In this document: positions 57,341 to 64,000 of the stretch, in pieces | Position numbering within the stretch: position 1 is the first letter of the stretch | Layout of the letters: the number at the start of each line of letters is the position of its first letter | Source of the DNA: the human T2T-CHM13v2.0 reference genome, Homo sapiens | Length of the DNA: 64,000 bases | Reading direction: 5' to 3' (one strand) | NCBI RefSeq assembly: GCF_009914755.1 | Contig: NC_060927.1 | Notes under the pieces: model-generated | The model's database searches: none | The model's input: the letters and a program-made list of their open reading frames with translations, nothing else | Told to the model about the DNA's origin: nothing | Program-made: the position numbers and the translations under genes

Positions 57341-58499
57341 GGATCCTGCAGTAGTTATGCCAAGTGGTTCTGCCATCTATTAATTACTATTTTTTGGCAT
57401 TATAAGCTAACATCTAATGAATCAACGAGTAGGTTTCCTGGTTCAAATTCTATTGGAAATGCCATGAGCAGAATTTTTTCTAAAGTAATATATTTTGGTT
57501 TGCCCAGACAGCAAATCAGTTGTGACCAGAGAAACATGTCTTCCTTTTAATGAGAGCAAAGCTTAGCTTTCTCTAGAGCTGTTGGCTTGCCATCTCAACT
57601 TGTACTCCTTGACCTTCCCCATCCTTAAAATATAATAGAATGCAACGATCCATAGTCCCCCAAGTTACCAAGTGGAGAGTAGCTGAAGCTCTCAGATAAC
57701 TTATCTAAATAATTGACAGCCCAAATACAGACTACACAAAGGCAAAGAAAGTTGGCATTTTTCAGATAACTAAGCTGCTTTCTCAAATTTTCCCTATACA
57801 ACTGAAAATAGGAATTGGAGCCTCTCTGCAAAAACAGAAACACACATTGGAGCTCTGCAGAATTTACTGACCCTGGCAAGGCTTTCTGAATAATGATGGA
57901 GAAAGGAAAGGCCCATGAATTCCCTTTTCTAATAAATTATGCTGCTTAACCCATGCTCTGTGATACTGCAACAGTCATCTCTAACTCTAGTTTATAAGGG
58001 ATGAAGATAGCAAGGTACTCACCATGCATGACACAAACTCTCTTAATTAATAATAGTGTCATGTTGACACTAAAATTAAAAAAAAAACTTTTTCTATTTT
58101 TAATTTATTTATATATAAAAAATTATACCTAAATTGTAGAAACAAGGCACAGTTCATGGTACACACAGGATTCATGTCATTGGTAGTTGCTCATTTTTAA
58201 TTGCCTATGTCTCTTACCATTATTAAACTTTATACCATAAAAAATTCCACAAACGATATTTCCATAAATATCAGCACAGACAGAATTGGTTTTATTTTAC
58301 TTACTATCATTCTAGAAGATAAACTAGCTAAGAAAAAAATGGAGGACATATAAATTAAAGACAATTTCTTTGAACACTTTCAGATAATGTGATTTTAATT
58401 TGAGATTCAAAAAATCATCAAATGAGATGTTATGACTAACATAATTTAAAAATTGGACTTTTCAGTAATAATAAAACATGTAAATTGAAGAAAAGGTTT

Positions 58500-59830
58500 A
58501 AAATATATTCAGAAAAGCTATGTCATGGATAATATAAAAACAAATATAAGAAATCAGTAGAATCCAACTAACAAGATATCTTAATATGTAATTAAAGAAA
58601 ATTACAAAAATCTAGTGAAAGCCGTAAAAGAAATTTAAATATGTATTGATTTATTTAAACAAAAAGAAATATATTTTATCATGGTAATTTCTCCAAGTTT
58701 ATGTGTGAACTTTATACAATTTATGCAATGCCTAATATGTTTTATTTTATTTTGGTGTAAGAAATAATATTTTTCTATGGGAAATGACCATACGTATTTA
58801 TAAATATAGTAAATTTTATGTTAGATATTAATATACCATAATATACCATAAATCTGTTACAAATAAAAATATGTGATTGATATTGTAATTAATAAACACA
58901 ATGACATACCCTAATATGAAATGTATTTTCTTTCTAAAAACTAAAGAGTAAAAGTAGTTTTTTAATTAGTTTTGAAATAATGGATTATTTAATAAATGGT
59001 TACCTAGTAAAATATCGAGACTAAAATGCAGAGTTCTCAAAACTTGGACAAAGTTTTTCATTTAAGAATGGATATTTTGTATATGTTCATGTTTTGAGGA
59101 AAGTCTTTTAAAGTGTTACATAATATACACATAAGTGATTTATATTCTTGATTATATACTTTTAAATATTTTAATCAAACAACACAGAAGCAAAATTAAA
59201 TGACAGAAAACAGCATGAGAATAATATTTGCATGATAAAGTCAAAATGGATCTATAAGGTAGTGTATACTCACAAATAACCAAAATCTTGAATTGAAACT
59301 TTGATTTAAAAAATAGAATTTGGGGCATGAAATGGAAATTCCCAAATTTACTAATTTGTATGTGCAAAAAGAATCAAATTTATTTACGTATGGAAGCACA
59401 GAAACAAACTTTAAAAGATATTTATTATGCTGTTTTAAAAATCATAGGCTGATAAAAATAGATAATATTAAGTTAGCAAGTTTTTGAAAAAATAGGTATG
59501 TATCAAAACTCCTAAAATATTCATACTTTTCAAACTTGTAACTCTAGTACCATAAATTTATTACAGAAAAATAATACAAAATTTTCACATAGATGAATGC
59601 CCAAGAATCTTTATTCCAGGTTCAATATATTTTCTAAAAAGCCTAAAAATTCATCATTTATAAAATGTTAGTGTAAATTTATTATGAAAATCATTCAGTC
59701 TTTAAAAATCATTCTACTGAATAAGTGTCATGGTAAGGTTTACATAATATCTTTTATAAAAATTTATTATTAATATAGGCTGTGTGTACTAATTTATATG
59801 TAAACATTTGTCTAATATTATAAAATATAT
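58500..59830 (+). mobile_element. Very old L1 (L1ME-type) ORF2/3' relic
   Basis: A-rich, scattered ORF2-like motifs (atttctccaagtttat...; atactttt.aaac...actctag...aatttat). Confidence 0.45.
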
Positions 59831-60174
59831 TTCATATTAAATCTAAAGTTTATTCTTTTCTCTACTCCCTAGTGGGCTGAACACACACATAAATCATGGT
59901 TCTAAAATAGTTTACCACAGTGAATAATCCTACATGATAAATCTACCCTTGAATTGTGGGTGATGTGGATTAGAAAACAAGATGAATGTGGTCGAGATAC
60001 TACCCCTCCTTACAAACTACTATCTTTCTTGACTAGAAACCTTTGTTTCGATGCTTATTTCAAACATGATTACCACTCTAGTGTTATGCTTATTGTTTGC
60101 ATAGAATTTCTTTCACTTTTAAGTTGTTTATATTTAAAGTGAGATTCTTCTACATGGTATTTTATTTGATCCCC

Positions 60175-63100
60175 TTTTTTATATTTTTCATTATTGTGTG
60201 TACATACTAGGTATATACATTTATGAGCTACATGGATTATTTTGGTGCAGACATACAATGCATGAAAATCACAGGCAAAATAAGGTATACATCACCTCAA
60301 GTATTTATTTATTATTTGTGTTATAACCAATCCAGTTCTACTCTTTTGTTTATTTAAAAATGTACAATAGAAGGGAGAGCATTAGGACAAATACCTAATG
60401 CATGTAGGGCTTAAAATCTACACTATAGGTTGATGGGTGCAGCAAACCACCATGGCACATGTAAACCTATGTACCAATCCTGCACATTCTGCACATGTAT
60501 CCCAGAACTTGAAGTAAAATAAATAAATAAATTAAATAATTAAATAAATAAAAATGCACACTAAATTATTGTTGACTGTAGTCACCCTGTTGTGCTATCA
60601 AATACTAGATCGTATTCATTCAATATAACTATTTTATTATACCCATTAAGCATCCCTATTTCCTCACCCGCTGCTACTCTTTCCAGCCTCTGTTAACCAT
60701 CCTTCTATGCTCTATCTTCATGAGTAAAATTGCGTGGTTTTTTTTTCTTTTTAGCTCCCACAAATAAGTGAGAACATGCAAAATTTGTCTTTCTGTGCCT
60801 GTCTTATTTCACCTAACATAATATCCTCCAGTTCTATCCTTGTTGTTGCAAATGACAGGACCTCATTTTTTTTATGGCTGCGTATGTACCACATTTTCTT
60901 TATCCATCATCTGTTGATGGAAACTTAGGGGGATTCCAAATTTTGACTATTGAGAATAGTGCTGCAATAGCATAGGAGTGCAGATATCTCTTTTATATAC
61001 TGATATACTGATTTCCTTTCTTTTGATCCTATGTCTAGCAGTGGGGTTGCTGGATTATATGGTAGCTCTATTTTTAGTTTTCTGAAAAACCTCCAAACTC
61101 TTCTCCACAATGGCTGTACTAATGTACGTTCCAAACAACAGTGTGCAAGGGTTCCCTTTCTCCTCACCCTCGTCAGCATTTGTTATTGCTTGTCTTTTGG
61201 ATGAAAGCCATTTTAAATGGGGTGAGATAATATCTCACTCTAGTTTTGATTTGCATCTGTCTGATGATCAATGATGTTGAGCACCTTTTTGTATTCCAGT
61301 TTGCCATTTGCAACAATTTCTTTTGAGAAATGCATATTCAAATGATTTGCCCGTTTTTTATTGAATTATTAGGTTTTTTCCTAGTTGTTTGAGCTCCTTA
61401 TGTATTCCAGTCATTAATATCTTGTCAAGATAGGTAACTTGCATATATTTTCTCTCTTTCTGTGGGTTGTCTCTTCACTGTGTTAATTGTATCCTTTTCT
61501 GTGCAGAAGCTTTTTAACTTGATGCAATCTCTTTTGTTAATTTTTGCTTTGGTTTCCTGAGCTTGTGGGGTGTTACTCAAGAAATCTTTGCCCAGACCAC
61601 TATCTTGGAAAGTTTTCCAAAAGTTTTCTTGTAGTAATTTCATAGTATGATGTCTTAGGTTTAAGTATTTAATCTATTTTGACTTGATTTTTGATTATCG
61701 CAAGAGATAGGGGATTAGTTTTATTCTTTTCCATACGGATATACAGTTTTCCCAGCACCATTTATTGAAAAGATTTTTTGTTCTCAATATATGGAGTTAT
61801 TTTTGGGTTCTCTGTTCTGCTCCATTGGTCTATTTGTCTGCTATTATGCCAGGACCATGTTGCTTTGGTTACTATAGCTGTGTAGTACAATGTGAAGTCA
61901 GGTAATGTGATTCCTCCAGGTTTGTTCTTTTTCTTCAGGACAGCTTTTCCTATTTTTGGGTTTTGTGGTTCCATACACATTTTAGGAATTTTTTGTCTAT
62001 TTCTGTGAAATTGTCATTAGTATTTTGATAGGGGTGGCATTGAATCTGTAGATTGCTTTAGGTAGTATAGACATTTTGACAATATTGATTCTTTCAGTAC
62101 ATTAACATGGAATATTTTTCCATTTTTTGTGTCCTCTTCAATTTCTTGCATCAAAGTTTTGTGTTTTTATTGTGGAGATCTTTTACTTCTTCAGTTAAGT
62201 TTATTCTGAGATATTTTATTTTTTGTCACCATTGTAAATGGAATTTTAAAAATTTGGTTAGATTTTTCACTGTTAGCCCATAGAAATTCTACTGATTTTT
62301 GTATGTTGATTTTTTGTTTTGCTTTTTTTTTACTGGGAGATTTTTTTTTGACAGGTTTGATCTTGTTACTTTCATTGGTATGTTCAGTTTTTTTTAATTT
62401 CTTCATGGTTTAATCTTGGTACATTGTATATGACTAGGAATTCATCTATTTTGTCTAGGTTTTCAAGTTTATTGAAATATAGTTGTTCATAGTATCCACT
62501 AATAAAGTTTTGAATTTATGTGATATTGGTTGTAATATCTCCATTTTTATTTCTGATTTTTATTAATTTGGGTTTTCTATTTTTTTTCATCTGGCTAAAG
62601 ATATGTCGATCTTGTTTATCTTTTCGAAAAAACACGATTTTGTTTATCTTTTCATTTCATTGATCTTATATATTGTAATATTTACATTTTGATTTGTTTA
62701 TTTCTGCTCTGATCTTTACTGTTACTTTTCTTCTAACATTGGGTTTGGATTTCTTTCACTTTTCTAGTTGCATTATTAGATGCATTATTAGATTATTTGA
62801 AGTTTTCCTGTACTTTTAGATGTAGGTAATTATAGCAATAAACTTTCATCTTAGTACTGCTTTTTCTATATTCCATAGGCTTTTGCTACATTCCATAGGT
62901 ATTCCACAGGGTTTTTATTTGTTTTTATTATAATTTGTTTCAAATATGTTAAATTTTTATCTTAATTTCCTCATTGGCCCACTGTCTTTCATGAACTTAT
63001 CATTTAATTTCCATGTGTTTGTATAGTTTCAAAGTTACTTTTTGATTCCTAGCTTTATTTTATAGTTGCCAGATATTTGGATGTGATTTTATTATTTTAT

Positions 63101-64000
63101 TTTTTTGAAGATTTGTTTGGTGGTGTAACATATTGGCTATCCTTCAGAATGATTCATGTCCTCAGGAGAAGAATGTGTGTTTTGCAGCCAATGGTAAAAA
63201 TGTTCTGTAAATATTCCTTATGTCCATTTGTTCTGCAGTGTAGATTAAGTCCCATGTGTCTTTGTTGATTTTCTGTCTGGATGATCTGTATCTGCTGATT
63301 GAAATCTACAGCTATTATTGTATTGGTGTCTCTCTCTTTAGCTCTAATAATATTTGTTTTATGTATCTGGGTGCTCCATCGTTGAGTACATACCTACTTA
63401 CAATTGTTATATTATCTTGCTGAATTCGCCACTTTATAATTATACAATAACTTTTTTTTTGTTTTTATATTTTTTTGTCTTGAAATCTATTTTGTCTGAT
63501 ATAAGTATACATACTCCTGCCCTTTTTTGGTTTCCATTTGCATGGAATATCTCTTTCTATCTCTTTATTTTCAGTGTATGTGTGTCTTTATAGATGAAGT
63601 GTTTCTTGTAGGTAACAGATCACTGGGTATTGTTTTTTATCCATTTAATCACTCTATGTCTTTTGATGGGAGAGTTTAGTCTATTTACAATCATTGTTAT
63701 TGATAAGTGATGACTTATTCCTACCATTTTGTTATTTGTTTTCTGGGTGTTTTGTCGTCTCCTCTTCCCATTTTCCTTTCTTTCTGCCTTTCTTTTAGCA
63801 GGGTATTAATACTTCAATTGCTATCTCTTCTTCCTCTTTAAGGCCAATACCTCTTAGATTTTTTCCCTGTGGAGGCTACTTTCTAGACAGTAGGCATGTT
63901 TAATTCTTTTTACTTCTTTATGCTTTTGTCCCTCCTTACTACTTTTCTTTCTTCTTACTATGTATTTTTCATCAGCCTATCTTCAAGCTCTCTAATTCTG
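60175..64000 (-). mobile_element. L1MA3-like L1 with internal deletions; continues off the window end
   Basis: L1MA 3' UTR (gtagtcaccctgttgtgctatcaaatactag), ORF2 peptides ([23 protein letters not shown]; GGITLPDF), EN region about 63000-63600, ORF1-like sequence at the end. Confidence 0.9.
60370..60549 (+). mobile_element. L1PA10-like 3'-terminal fragment nested in L1MA3
   Basis: gggagagcattaggacaaatacctaatgcatg...gtatcccagaactt, (AAAT)n tail; TSD aaaaatgtacaata / aaaaatgcacacta (12 of 14). Confidence 0.9.

Overview
AT-rich primate (very probably human) genomic DNA with no intact protein-coding gene, RNA gene, CpG island or CRISPR-like array. It reads as a gene desert or a very large intron packed with transposable elements. 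These include L1 copies of many ages (L1ME/MC/MA, L1PB, L1PA12/10/8/4-5/2), seven Alu-derived elements, L2 and MIR relics, and DNA transposons (Tigger3, Tigger1, MER20, MER5A). LTR elements include two near-complete THE1 MaLR proviruses, MLT1/MLT2 LTRs, a solo LTR3 (HERV-K HML-6), a MER52-group LTR, and one 744-bp solo LTR I cannot assign to a family. The only host-gene-derived sequence is a full-length, disabled RPS6 processed pseudogene (about 40191-41030). The ORFs in the track are TE fragments or chance ORFs. The most informative signals are mechanistic: three twin-primed 5'-inverted L1s (one only about 120 bp), a possible micro 3' transduction, nested insertions with readable TSDs, a minisatellite born inside THE1-int, fold-back or templated-insertion scars, and a possible ancient ERVL RT relic. 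I found no evidence for a new biological system. Subfamily names come from recalled consensus sequences and need RepeatMasker/Dfam confirmation.
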